64,000 nt of DNA from Hypanus sabinus (taxonomy: Eukaryota): the NCBI RefSeq assembly GCF_030144855.1, contig NC_082710.1:164114001-164178000 (forward strand), in the 5' to 3' direction. The position numbers were made by a program, and so were the translations under genes. A model generated the notes under the pieces. The model saw nothing but the letters and a program-made list of their open reading frames with translations, was not told where the DNA came from and searched no databases. Positions 37,300 through 49,767 of this stretch are shown in pieces; position 1 is the first letter of the stretch, and the number at the start of each line of letters is the position of its first letter.

Positions 37300-40200
37300 C
37301 TTCACTGTGAACCATAGAACATTACAGCACAGAAAAAGGCCTTTCGGCCCTTCTTGGCTGTGCCGAACCATTTTTCAGCCTAGTCCCACTGACCTGAACC
37401 CGGCCCGTATCCCTCCAAACCCCTCACATCCATGTATCTGTCCAAGTTTTTCTTAAATGTTAAAAGTGAGCCCACATTTACCACTTCATCTGGCAGCTCA
37501 TTCCACACTCCCACTACTCTCTGTGTGAAGAAGCCCCACCCCCCAATGTTCTCTTTAAACTTTTCCCCCTTCGCCCCTAACCCATGTCCTCTGGTTTTTT
37601 TCTCCCCTGGCCTCAGTGGAAAAAGTCTGCTTGCATTCACTCTATACCCATCATAATTTTATGTACCTCTATCAAAACTCCTCTCATTCTTCTACACTCC
37701 AGAGAATAAAGTCCTAACCTATTCAACCTTTCTCTGTAGCTCAGTTTCTCAAGTCCCAGCAACATCCTTGTAAACCTTCTCTGCACTCTTTCAACCTTAT
37801 TAGTATCCTTCCCGTAATTCAGTGACCAAGACTGCACACAATAATCCAAATTCAGTCTCACCAACGTTTTATACAACCTCACCATTAGATTCCAACTCCT
37901 ATACTCAACACTTTGATTTATAAAGGCCAATGTACCAAAAGCTCTCTTTACTACCCTATCTACACGTGATGCCTCTTTTACGGAATTTTGTATCTATTCC
38001 CAGATCCCTCTGTTCTACTGCACTCCTCAGTGTCCTACCATTTACATTGTATGTTCTACCTTGGTTTTTCCTTCCAAAGTGCAATACCTCACACTTGTCT
38101 GTATTAAACTCCATCTGCCATTTTTCAGCCCATTTTTTCAGCTGATCCAAATCCCTCTGCAGGCTTTGAAAACCTTCCTCACTGTCCACTACACCTCCAA
38201 TCTTTGTACCATCAGCAAATTTGCTGATCCAATTCACCACATTAACATCCAGATCACTGATATAGATGAAAAGTAACAATGGACCCAGCACTGATCCCTG
38301 TGGCACACCAAGAGTCACAGGCCTCCACTCAGAGAAGCAATCCTCCACTACCACTCTTTGACTTCTTGTATTGAGCCAATGTCTAATCCAATTTGCTACC
38401 TCACCATGTATACCTAGCAACTGAATCTTCCTAACCAACCTCCCATGCGGGACCTTGTCAAAGGCCTTACTGAAGTCCATGTAGACAACATCCACTGCCT
38501 TCCCTTCATCCACTTTCCTGGTAACTTCCTCGAAAAACTAATAGATTGGTTAAACATGACCTACCACACACAAAGCCATGTTAACTCTCCCTACTAAGTC
38601 CCTGTCTATCTAAATACTTGTAGATCCTTTCTCTTAGTACTCCTTCCAATAATTTCCCTACTACCGATGTCAAACTTACCAGCCTATAATTTCCCGGATT
38701 ACTTTTAGAGCCTTTTTCAAACAACAGAACATGAGCTATCCTGCAATCCTCACCCATAGACACCGACATTTTAAATATATCTGCCAGGGCACCTACAATT
38801 TCAACACTAGTCTCTTTCAAGGTCTGAGAGAATACCCTGTCAGGTCCTGGGGATTTTCCTCAAGATAGCAAGCACCTCCTCCTCTTCAATCTGTATAGGT
38901 TCCATGACCTCACTACCTGTTTGCCTTATTTCCATTGACTCCATGCCAGTTCCCTTAGTAAATACAGATGAAAAAAAAACCATTTAAGATCGCCCCCATT
39001 TCCTTTGGTTCCATACATAGCCAAGCACTCTGATCTTCAAGAGTACCAATTTTATCCCTGACTATCCTTTTGCTCTTAATATACCTGTAGAAGCTCTTTG
39101 GATTATCCTTTACTTTGACTGCCAAAGCTACCTCATGTCTTCTTTTAGCTCTCCAGATTTCTTTGTTAACTATTTTTTTGCACTTTTTATACTCCTCAAA
39201 TACCTTATTTGCTCCTTGTTTCCTAGACATGTCATACATCTCTCTCGTCTTCTTTATCAGAGTTCCAATATCCTGAGAGAACCAAGGTTCCTTATCCTTA
39301 TTCACTTTGCTTTTAATCCTGACAGGAACATACAAACTCTGCACTCTCAAAATTTCTCTTTTGAAGGCCTCCCACTTATCAACAACATCCTTGCCAGAGA
39401 ACAACCTGTCCCAATCCACGCTTTTCAGTTCCTCCCTCGTTTCTTTAAAATTGTCCTTTTTCCAGTTTAGAACCTCAACCCAAGGACCAGGTCTATCTTT
39501 ATCCATGATCAAGTTGAAACTAATGGAATTATGATCACTGGAACCAAAGTGTTCCCCTACACACACTTCCGTCACCTGTCCTAACTTGTTTCCTAATAGA
39601 TCTAATATTGCATCCTCTCTAGTCGGTACCTCTATATATTGATTTAGAAAACTTTCCTGAACACATTTTACAAACTTTAACCCATCTAGACCTTTAACAG
39701 CAACACACACAAAATGCTGGTGGAACACAGCAGGCCAGGCAGCATCTATTCGTCAGGTCTCGGCCCGAAACGTCGACAGCGCTTCTCCCTATAGATGCTG
39801 CCTGGCCTGCTGTGTTCCACCAGCATTTTGTGTGTGTTGTTGTTTGAATTTCCAGCATCTGCAGATTTCCTCATGCTAGACCTTTAACAGTATGGGAGTC
39901 CCAATCAATACATGGAATATTAAAATCCCCTACTATCACAACTTTACGTTTCCTGCAGTTGTCTGCTATCTCTCTGCAGATTTGCTCCTCCAATTCTCAC
40001 TGACTATTGGGTGGTCTATAGTACAACCCCATTAATGTGGTCATACCTTTTCTGTTTCTCAACTCCACCCATATGGCCTCGGTAGACAAGCCCTCTAATC
40101 TGTCCTGCCTGAGCGCTGCTGTAACATTTTCCCTGACTAGCAATGCCACCCAACCCCCCACCCTTCATCCCTCTGCCTCTATCATGTCTGAAACATCGGA

Positions 40201-41640
40201 ACCCCGGAATATTAAGCTGCCAATCCTGCCCCTCCTGTAGCCAAGTTTCACTAATGGCTACAATGTCATCATTCCACATGTCAATCCATATCCTCAGCTC
40301 ATCAGCCTTCCTCACAATACTCCTCGCATTGAAATACACCTCAGAAGATTATTACCACCTCACACAACCCTTCTATTTGTGACTTTGCATGAAACTTTAA
40401 CTTCATTTATTTTCAGCCCCACTCCACTGTCTGCTCTGGAACTCTGGTTCCCAACCCCCTGCAAATCGAGTTTAACCTTCCCCCCCCCCCACCCACCAAC
40501 AGCACTAGCAAACCTCCCTGCATGGTTATTGGTCCCCCTGTAGGTCAGGTGTAACCCATCTCTCTTGTACTGGTCCCACCTGCCCCAGAAGAGGTCCCAA
40601 TGATCCTGAAATCTGAAACCCTGCCCCTCAGCCACGTGTTCATCCTCCAGAGCATCCTACTCTTACCCTCACTGACACATGGCACAGGTAGCAATCCTGA
40701 GATTACCACTCTCGAGGTCCTGCTATTTAACTTCCTACCAAGCTCTCTATACTCACTCTTCAGGACCTCCTCACTCTTTCTTCCTACAGTATTGGTACCG
40801 ATGTGTACCGTGACATCTGGCTGCTCACCCTCCCACTTCAGAATACCGTGCACGCGATCAGAGACATTCCTGACCCTGGCACCCGGGAGACAACAAACCA
40901 TCCGGGAGTCCCTGTCACGACCACAGAATCTCCTGTGTGTACCTCTAACTATCGAGTCCCCTATCACTACCACTCTCCTCTTCTTCCCCCCTCCCTTCTG
41001 CACTGCAGAACCAGACTCAGTGCCAGAGATCCGGCTGCCGCAGCTTGTCCCAGGTAAACCACCCCCCCCAGCAGTATCCAAATCGGTATACTTGTTGTTG
41101 AGGGGAATGGCCACAGGGGAGCCCTGCTCTGCCTGCCCCTTCCCCTTCCCTCACCTGACGAAGGAGAAGGGGGAATTATCTGTGTGCTGCTCCTTTGGCG
41201 TAACTGCCTCCCTGTAGCTACTATCTATAAACTCCTCATTCTCCCGAATGATCCGGAGGTCATCCAGCTCCTGCTCCAGTTCCCTAACGGGGTTTGTTAG
41301 GAGCTGCAGCTGGATGCACTTCTTGCAGGTGTCATTGTCAGGGAGACCTCCGGTCTCCCTGACTTCCCACATCCTGCAAGAGGAGCATTCCAACATCCTG
41401 CCTGGCATTCTCTCTACTCTAAACAAACAAAACAAAACTTACCGGAACCCACCCTCGCCTCTGCCTATTCACGCTGAAGCCTGTTGAGCCAAAGCCGTCC
41501 CACTCTGACTCAGTCCACTCCGACAATGGCTGCTACGACGATGGCCGCTGTATATGGCGGTCTTTTTTTAAACCTTTGGTGTGCTACATTACACGCCTGC
41601 GCAGTCTAGCCTCTTCTCCCTGATCAGTTAAAAAAATTGG
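37300..41640 (-). mobile_element. Near-full-length CR1 LINE with SGNH/GDSL esterase ORF1
   Basis: ORF1 ECSSCRMWEV...CKKCIQLQLL, VVIGDSIVRG, HIGTN. ORF2 YFNARSIVRK...YMDFSKAFDKVPHG...PQGSVLGP...FADGTK. Tail at ~37310. Confidence 0.92.
39701..39875. mobile_element. 175-bp PLE terminal fold-back insertion inside CR1
   Basis: 15-bp TSD CTAGACCTTTAACAG at 39686-39700 and 39876-39890. A perfect ~49-bp inverted repeat (39701-39749 and 39791-39839) surrounds a rearranged hammerhead core. Confidence 0.85.
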
Positions 41641-41699
41641 CTTCTCTCTGAGATGCCTTTACTTCTTCACTCTCCACCTCTTGCTGTTGCTGGAAGATC

Positions 41700-42960
41700 A
41701 ACAGTTTTCAGACACGTCTAAGGGAGTCTTTCACCAAATTGATCTCCGAGCAGCACCGGATGTCTGTCTCGCGTGGGTATGTGTCCGGAGAACAGGGCAA
41801 ACCCATCGGCCACAACACCAATGATGGGTCGAACCTCGGCACATTGTCACTCGGTGTCCACGTGCTTCAGATCCACGCACAACTAGATGTAGCCACGCAC
41901 AAAGGCGGTCATCGGAATGAAGGGAACATTTGGTGCAATTTTCTCTGGGGAATTGTGCACGGCGACCTGTCGGATTCGTTCCATGCTGCATATCCAGATG
42001 AACTGGAGGATAGCCCGGGTGTTTACAATGGAAGGGGAGAAATCCTGATCAAAAACTCTGAATGCCCATCACTCAGGACTTCACCACGCAGGGTGGATCA
42101 TAATAGAAATGCTCCCCAAAACGGGTTTGGCGTGGTCAGGATTTGCTTCAGACTGCTCCACACAGACATCTGTAGTTCAGTCCAGATCAATCGGTGGGAA
42201 ACAGAGAGCTTCCCGATCAATTCTGGTCTCAGGCACGGGTGCTCACTCTCCCCTGCTTGTGTGCTGTTTAGAAACCTTTGGCAAGAATCAGGAAGAAAGA
42301 AGGGAAAAGAGAGGTGGTGTTGTCAGGAGATGGATGTACCCAGGTCTAAACCTCATTCAACATGCATGTTGTCACTGTATTGTGCTCAGATCCATGGTCA
42401 GTTCACAAACTCATCGGCATCTATGACCATCTGAATCACCATCATTGGTCAGAGCAAGGTCACTGGACCGATCTAATGTCACAATCATTATCAGGTCCGA
42501 CGACCTGAAGGAGCCGGACATCTTGTTTGGAGTTGCTGAAGTATGTAACAGAAATGGCTGGAGCAGACTGGGACGGTAAAACAAAAACTGTTTTTGTGGG
42601 AATGGCGTTCTCTGTCAGTAACTTCAAAGAAATTAGCCTTCAGCGTCGGATGTTACCCAGTCGGGCAGTCCTACTCCTGATGCTTTTGCACCTCCTTCCT
42701 GACAGTAGTGGGTCAAAGAGTTTGTGGGATGGGTGGTAGGGATTCTCAGCAATGCTTCCGTGTGGGAATGCTCCTGACTGACACATTCCAGGCTGTGGGA
42801 GTTTGTGCTGAGGCTCAGTGCAAACAATGCAAAGGCTCTGTGGGGAAAGATCACAGTCTAAGCTCCTTCTGCCACCACATGTGGAGGGGCAGAGTTGGGT
42901 GGGGAAGCCCCTCAAACATTGACTATCACCTTAGAGGGCCACATCAGTTGTGATGTGTTT
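41700..42960 (+). mobile_element. Tx1/L1-clade LINE, heavily deleted
   Basis: GFGVVRICFRLLHTDICSSVQINRWETESFPINSGLRHGCSLSP resembles the Tx1-type RT SGVRQGCPLSP block. A related 3' fragment lies inverted at ~37140-37300. Confidence 0.65.
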
Positions 42961-44599
42961 AAGAGTAGTTAAAACTACTGAATATGATGAATAGATGATA
43001 CTAAGAATTTAAAAATAAATTACAATACTCTTTTTGCAACAAATCTTTTTCTATATATGTTATATTATGAAAAATTATTTTTAAGTTTTAAAAATCAGTT
43101 GTGGAGCTATGACAGTTGGCTTGAGTTTTGGAGTGCATTCTTTCGAAAGCTCTTTCAAGCTTGTTGAACGGGGAGAGGTTAACCAGAATGGGTCTGTACT
43201 TGCCAGAGTTTTAAACAACAAAATATAATCCAAATAAGATTTACTAAATTTGCTAAAAATAGGATTACATTTTCAAGGGAGTCCACAACCTCAAAATAAG
43301 GGGTTGGCTACTCAGTACAGAAACGACAAGCTTCTTCACACAAGGGCTTCATCATTGAGTATAATCCATTCAAAAAAGAAAGAGAAAGATTTTAAATATG
43401 AAGAGAATCATGGGATTAGTGCAGGAGAGTTGTATGAAGGTAAAATGCCAGCCATGAACTTATAAATGTGAGGGAAGGCATGGGAAGAGTGAGTGGGAAT
43501 GAGGGGAAAGAGAATGCAGAGAGTTGTAGACTCAATCAGAATCATCACGGACACAGACCTCCCCACCATCGAGGACAACTTCCAATGGCAGTGTCTCAAG
43601 ACAGTGACACCCATCATTAAGGATCCTCACCAGCTGGAACATGCCCTCTTCTCATTATCTCCAGAGGGATGGAGACCCCATTAAGGAAAAATCACACACC
43701 ATAAGCTCATCCAATTGAGAAAAATGTATTAGCATAGACAGAAGATTTGTTACTGTGCAAAAACAGGGAAACAATATAATTCATCATTTTATAGTTTTGC
43801 TGGATGAAGAACGAGTAAAGGGGCACAATTACTCCTGAAGAATGATTTCACCCCAGCATTGACTGCTTATGTCTGCAGATGCTGCCTGACCTGCTGAGTT
43901 CCTCCAGTATTTTCTATGTGTGCTCTGGATTTCCAGCAACGGCTGAATCTCTTGGGTTTCCATTTAGTCTTGGTTAGAGTTGCATGAATGACCACAATGA
44001 AAGGAATTAGGTTGGAAAATAAACTGCAAGAAGACAAAAGAATCCTAAGGCAGGATAAAGAATGGTTACAGAGTGAGGACCATATAGTAATTGGAATATG
44101 ATCGAAGAACAGCCACACTGGAATTTAAAATGGAGTGAGGCTAATGAATGTTCAGGATTAGTGAGATCAGGCCCCTTCAGAAGCAAAACACAAAGTGAAT
44201 TTTCAAATACAACAACTAGAAAAGCAAAAATAATGCTACCTTTAACATAAGAAGGAAGGAGTACAAAAGTAGGGTGGTCTTGTTACAACTGTGCAATGTT
44301 TTGATTGGATCTGTGTGAAACACTGCATTTATTTTATCAAAAAGAAAAATCAATTCCAATGAAATCTTCATGTCTGACAGTGAAACAGGAAATAAATAGA
44401 ATGACAAAATATCTCATTGATTTACAAATAGCATGTAATATCCACATTGAGGAGCAGACAATAATGAACGATTGTATGATTACACATCCCAGCACTTATC
44501 CTTGCAAGCGGAACCAGTGCCATAGCTTCCCCTAAATTTCTTAATTGTTAAAAGTGAGCCCCCATTTACAAATTCATCTGGCAGCTCATTCCACACTCC

Positions 44600-44800
44600 C
44601 ATCACACCTGATACAGTACCTTGTATTTCTTCCTCCCCTCCCCTCACCTTCTTACTCTGACTTCTCATCTCTTTTTTCAGTCCTGAAGTAGGGTCTCTGC
44701 CCGAAACATCGACTGTACTCTTTCCCATAGATGCTGCCTGACCTGCTGAGTTCCTCCAGCATTTTGTGTGTGTTGCTTTGATTTCTGGCGTCTGCAAATG
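44600..44800 (+). mobile_element. PLE pseudo-LTR with a degenerate hammerhead (44678-44715)
   Basis: cagtcCTGAAGTagggtctctgcccGAAACatcgactg followed by the standard PLE terminus. Two core or cleavage-site substitutions. Confidence 0.7.
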
Positions 44801-46263
44801 TTCTCTTGTTTGTAGAATTGCTTCCCAAATATTCCAGTCTTTCCAAGATGTTAAATTCTAGTTCCAGATTTAACTGTCCACTCGTAAACAGTTTTCCTGA
44901 ATGCCCATTTCCCTCTGAAATATGGGCATCTCATATCCAGAATCCATGTTTGTACTGTTCATCCCTGCGAATCTTTGCCAGTAACTGCAAATCAGCAGTT
45001 AATTCTCTCCATGAAAAGTTTTCACACATTTTTCAAAGGACCAAAGAGGAAAGGGGGAAAAACTGCTGGCTGGGTGCCCCTGTCACATACCACATTGATA
45101 CCAACTCTTAGAGGCACAGTCTCTTCAAAAACAGCCTTTGCATTCTCTCTCTATTTCACACACACACACACACACACACTTTCTCTCACTCTTCCTCCCT
45201 CACAAGTGAATTCACAAGTGGCCACACTACACGTAATTAAAACATGCAAATCATTCCCAGATTAAAACATTTCTGAAAATCTTCTTTCTGTGAGGATTAA
45301 ATCATTACCAAATATATTGAGTTACAATCCAACAATATTGAGGAACTGTGTTACTCTAAGACTGTAAACAAAGAAATGTTTAAAGTTATTCATCATGCTC
45401 AGGTAAACAACATTGAACAAGTCTAAAGCATGAAATCCCCACATTAACCAAAATTCCAACATATTCTGACCCTTCAGTAACACCAATCACTGATTATTGT
45501 TGGGATTCTGATCATATGAACTGTCCGCTGTGGGGTTCCGGGCATAATGGCCCAAGTTACCTCTGCTAAACAGCAGATTTCAGCATTATCCTGCCCCCAA
45601 CAACAGCTTCCCCAATTGGGTACGGGGGAAATCCAGCACTGTGTTACTTCCCTTTTACAGTCTCTCTGCTGGCTTCTACCCTGACCTGCGTTTCCCCACA
45701 CGATACCCTGTGTATTTTCTTGAAGTGAAAACACTTTAGCTGCCTCTGAATTATTCCCAAAGTTAACATCGAACTCCTGTACTTCCTTCTCCCATGCTCC
45801 ATTCATTTTCCTCAGTACTTGTGCCTCAATATGTGTAGGGTCACTGGGATCAAACAGTTCAAACATCTTTCCAGATTTGTTGGTGATATGAGACACTAAT
45901 GTACTTATCCATCTGTTTGTGGTTCTGGTTCGAAATGATCTCGATCTAATGTTGATCCGTACACCCCTCGGGACACCATCCACAGAGAGGACGCAAATGC
46001 AGTGTATGTTCTCCTTTCCTCTGGGAACATTTACACAACTCATCGATTGGGTTCCCGTTGTTATTACCCTGAACAGTCAGTACCACATTATTTAACTCAT
46101 TATTTGTTCCCCCAGCATGTCGCAGTGTTTCTGGCAAAGTGAAGTGTATGTTCAGATGCAAGCACGTTATAATCAATCACCTTTCCTTGGCAATACTGAG
46201 ACCAGGAATTGCTTTCTGGTAAGTAAATTCATGGAACAGTTCCCTAGGATCATCCCCAGAGAT

Positions 46264-47318
46264 CCGTAGAGTCTGTGCGGATTGGTGTTAGCATATCCTC
46301 TTCACTGATGATCAACACTGGTGCACCTCAAGGGTGTGTGCTTAGCCCACTGCTCTACTCTCTGTGTACACATGACTATTTTGCTTGGCACAGCTCAAAT
46401 AACATCTATAAATTTGCTGACGATATATCCATTGTTGGTAGAATCTCAGATGCTGACAAGAGGGCGTACAGGAGTGAGATATGCCAACTAGTAGAGTGGT
46501 GCCACAGCAACAACCTGGCACTCAACATCAGTAAGACGAAAGGGTTGTGGACTTCAGGAAGGGTAAGACAAGGGAACACATACCAATCCTCATAGAGGGA
46601 TCAGAAGTGGAGAGAGTGAGCAGCTTTAAGTTCCTGGGTGTCAAGATCTCTGAGGATCTAACCCGGTCCCAATACATCAATGTAGGCATGAAGAAGGCAA
46701 GACAGCGGCTATACTTTATTAGGAGTTGAAGAGATTTGTCATGTCAACAGATACACTCAAAACCTTCTATAGTTGTACTGTGGAGAGCATTATGACAGCT
46801 GCATCACGGTCTGGTATGGAGGGGTTAATGCACAGGACCAAAAGAAGCTGCAGAAGGTTGTAAATCTAGTGAACTCCATCTTCAGTACTGGCCTACAAAC
46901 TACACAGGGCATCTTTAGGGAGCGGTGTCTCAGAAAGGCAGCGTCCGTTATTAAAGACCTCCAGCACCCAGGCCATGCCCTTTTATCACTGTTACCATCA
47001 GGTAGGAGATACAGAAAACTGAAGGCACACACTCAGCGATTCAGGAACAGCTTCTTCCCCACTGTCATCTCATTCCTAAATGGACATTGCAGCTTTGGAC
47101 ACTACCTCACTTTTTTTAATGTACAGTATTTCTGATTTTGCACATTTTTAAATAATCTATTCAAGATACATAAATGATTTACATAACTTTTTATTATAAT
47201 GTATTATTTTTTTCTCTCTGTGCTGGATTATGTATTGCATTCAACTATTGCTGCTAACTTTACAAATTTCACATCACATGCTAGTAATCATAAACCTGAT
47301 TCTCATTCTGATTCTGAT
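46264..47318 (+). mobile_element. 5'-truncated Rex/Babar LINE inserted in the gag-like gene
   Basis: NTGAPQGCVLSPLLYSL...YKFADD...LLSLLPSGRRYR and a (tctgat)n tail. GAT is shared at both junctions (46261-46263, 47316-47318). Confidence 0.85.
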
Positions 47319-47339
47319 ATATGTCCTGAAATCTTTCCT

Positions 47340-49767
47340 AATATCCCTCAGCTGCTGTACCCCGAGCGGTGTAGTGTGTTATATCCTCAGCAATATCCCT
47401 CAGCTGCTGTACCCTCAGCGGTGTAGTGTATGTTATATCCTCAGCAATATCCCTCAGCTGCTGTACCCCGAGCGGTGTAGTGTATGTTATATCCTCAGCA
47501 ATATCCCTCAGCTGCTGTACCCCGAGCAGTGTAGTGTATGTTATATCCTCAGTAATATCCCTCAGCTGCTGTACCCCGAGCGGGGTAGTGTATGTTATAT
47601 CCTCAGCAATATCCCTCAGCTGCTGTACCCCGAGCGGTGTAGTGTATGTTATATCTTCAGCAAAATCCCTCAGCTGCTGTACCCCGAGCGGTGTAGTGTA
47701 TGTTATATCCTCAGCAATATCCCTCAGCTGCTGTACCCTGAGCGGTGTAGTGTATGTAATATCCTCAGCAATATCCCTCAGCTGCTGTACCCCGAGCGGT
47801 GTAGTGTATGTTATATCCTCAGTAATATCCCTCAGCTGCTGTACCCCGAGCGGTGTAGTGTATGTTATATCCTCAGCAATATCCCTCAGCTGCTGTACCC
47901 CGAGCGGTGTAGTGTATGTTATATCCTCAGCAATATCCCTCAGCTGCTGTACCCTGAGCGGTGTAGTGTATGTTATATCCTCAGCAATATCCCTCAGCTG
48001 CTGTACCCCGAGCGGTGTAGTGTATGCTATATCCTCAGTAATATCCCTCAGCTGCTGTACCCCGAGCGGTGTAGTGTATGTTATATCCTCAGTAATATCC
48101 CTCAGCTGCTGTACCCCGAGCGGTGTAGTGTATGTTATATCCTCAGCAATATCCCTCAGCTGCTGTACCCTGAGCGGTGTAGTGTATGTTATATCCTCAG
48201 CAATATCCCTCAGCTGCTGTACCCCGAGCGGTGTAGTGTATGTTATATCCTCAGCAATATCCCTCAGCTGCTGTACCCTGAGCGGTGTAGTGTATGTTAT
48301 ATCCTCAGCAATATCCCTCAGCTGCTGTACCCCAAGTGTGTAGTGTATGTTATATCCCTCAGCTGCTGTACCCCGAGCGGTGTAGTGTATGTTATATCAC
48401 TCAGCTGCTGTACCCCGAGCGGTGTAGTGTATGTTATATCCTCAGCAATATCCCTCAGCTGCTGTACCCCGAGCGGTGTAGTGTATGTTATATCCTCAGC
48501 AATATCCCTCAGCTGCTGTACCCCGAGCGGTGTAGTGTATGTTATATCCCTCAGCAATATCCCTCAGCTGCTGTATCCCGAGCGGTGTAGTGTATGTTAT
48601 ATCCTCAGCAATATCCCTCAGCTGCTGTACCCCGAGCGGTGTAGTGTATGTTATATCCTCAGCAATATCCCTCAGCTGCTGTACCCCGAGCGGTGTAGTG
48701 TATGTTATATCCCTCAGCAATATCCCTCAGCTGCTGTACCCTGAGCGGTGTAGTGTATGTTATATCCTCAGCAATATCCCTCAGCTGCTGTACCCCGAGC
48801 GGTGTAGTGTATGTTATATCCTCAGCAATATCTCTCAGCTGCTGTACCCCGAGCGGTGTAGTGTATGTTATATCCTCAGCAATATCCCTCAGCTGCTGTA
48901 CCCCGAGCGGTGTAGTGTATGTTATATCCTCAGCAATATCTCTCAGCTGCTGTACCCCGAGCGGTGTAGTGTATGTTATATCCTCAGCAATATCCCTCAG
49001 CTGCTGTACCCCGAGCGGTGTAGTGTATGTTATATCCCTCAGCAATATCCCTCAGCTGCTGTACCCTGAGCGGTGTAGTGTATGTTATATCCTCAGCAAT
49101 ATCCCTCAGCTGCTGTACCTCGAGCGGTGTAGTGTATGTTATATCCTCAGCAATATCCCTCAGCTGCTGTATCCCGAGCGGTGTAGTGTATGCTATATCC
49201 TCAGCAATATCCCTCAGCTGCTGTACCCCGAGCGGTGTAGTGTATGTTATATCCTCAGCAATATCCCTCAGCTGCTGTACCCCGAGCGGTGTAGTGTATG
49301 TTATATCCTCAGCAATATCGCTCAGCTGCTGTACCCCGAGCGGTGTAGTGTATGCTATATCCTCAGTAATATCCCTCAGCTGCTGTACCCCGAGCGGTGT
49401 AGTGTATTTTATATCCTCAGCAATATCCCTCAGCTGCTGTACCCCGAGCGGTGTAGTGTATGTTATATCCTCAGCAATATCCCTCAGCTGCTGTACCCCG
49501 AGTGGTGTAGTGTATGTTATATCCTCAGCAATATCCCTCAGCTGCTGTACCCCGAGCGGTGTAGTGTATGTTATATCCTCAGCAATATCCCTCAGCTGCT
49601 GTACCCCGAGTGGTGTAGTGTATGTTATATCCTCAGCAATATCACTCAGCTGCTGTACCCCGAGTGGTGTAGTGTATGTTATATCCTCAGCAATATCCCT
49701 CAGCTGCTGTACCCCGAGCGGTGTAGTGTATGTTATATCCTCAGCTGCTGTACCCCGAGCGGTGTAG
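47340..49767. repeat. 54-bp minisatellite, about 45 copies
   Basis: Unit cctcagcaatatccctcagctgctgtaccccgagcggtgtagtgtatgttatat, highly homogeneous, with occasional ~41-, 52- and 55-bp variants. Confidence 0.97.

Noticed and set aside
44800-45100. Minus-strand frame WRELTADLQLLAK...LERLEYLGSN, considered as an exon or pol remnant
   Set aside because: It has an internal stop, no recognisable motif and no flanking splice sites.
47340-49767. Regular repeat array superficially like CRISPR
   Set aside because: Units are head-to-tail with no unique spacers, there are no cas genes, and the context is vertebrate.
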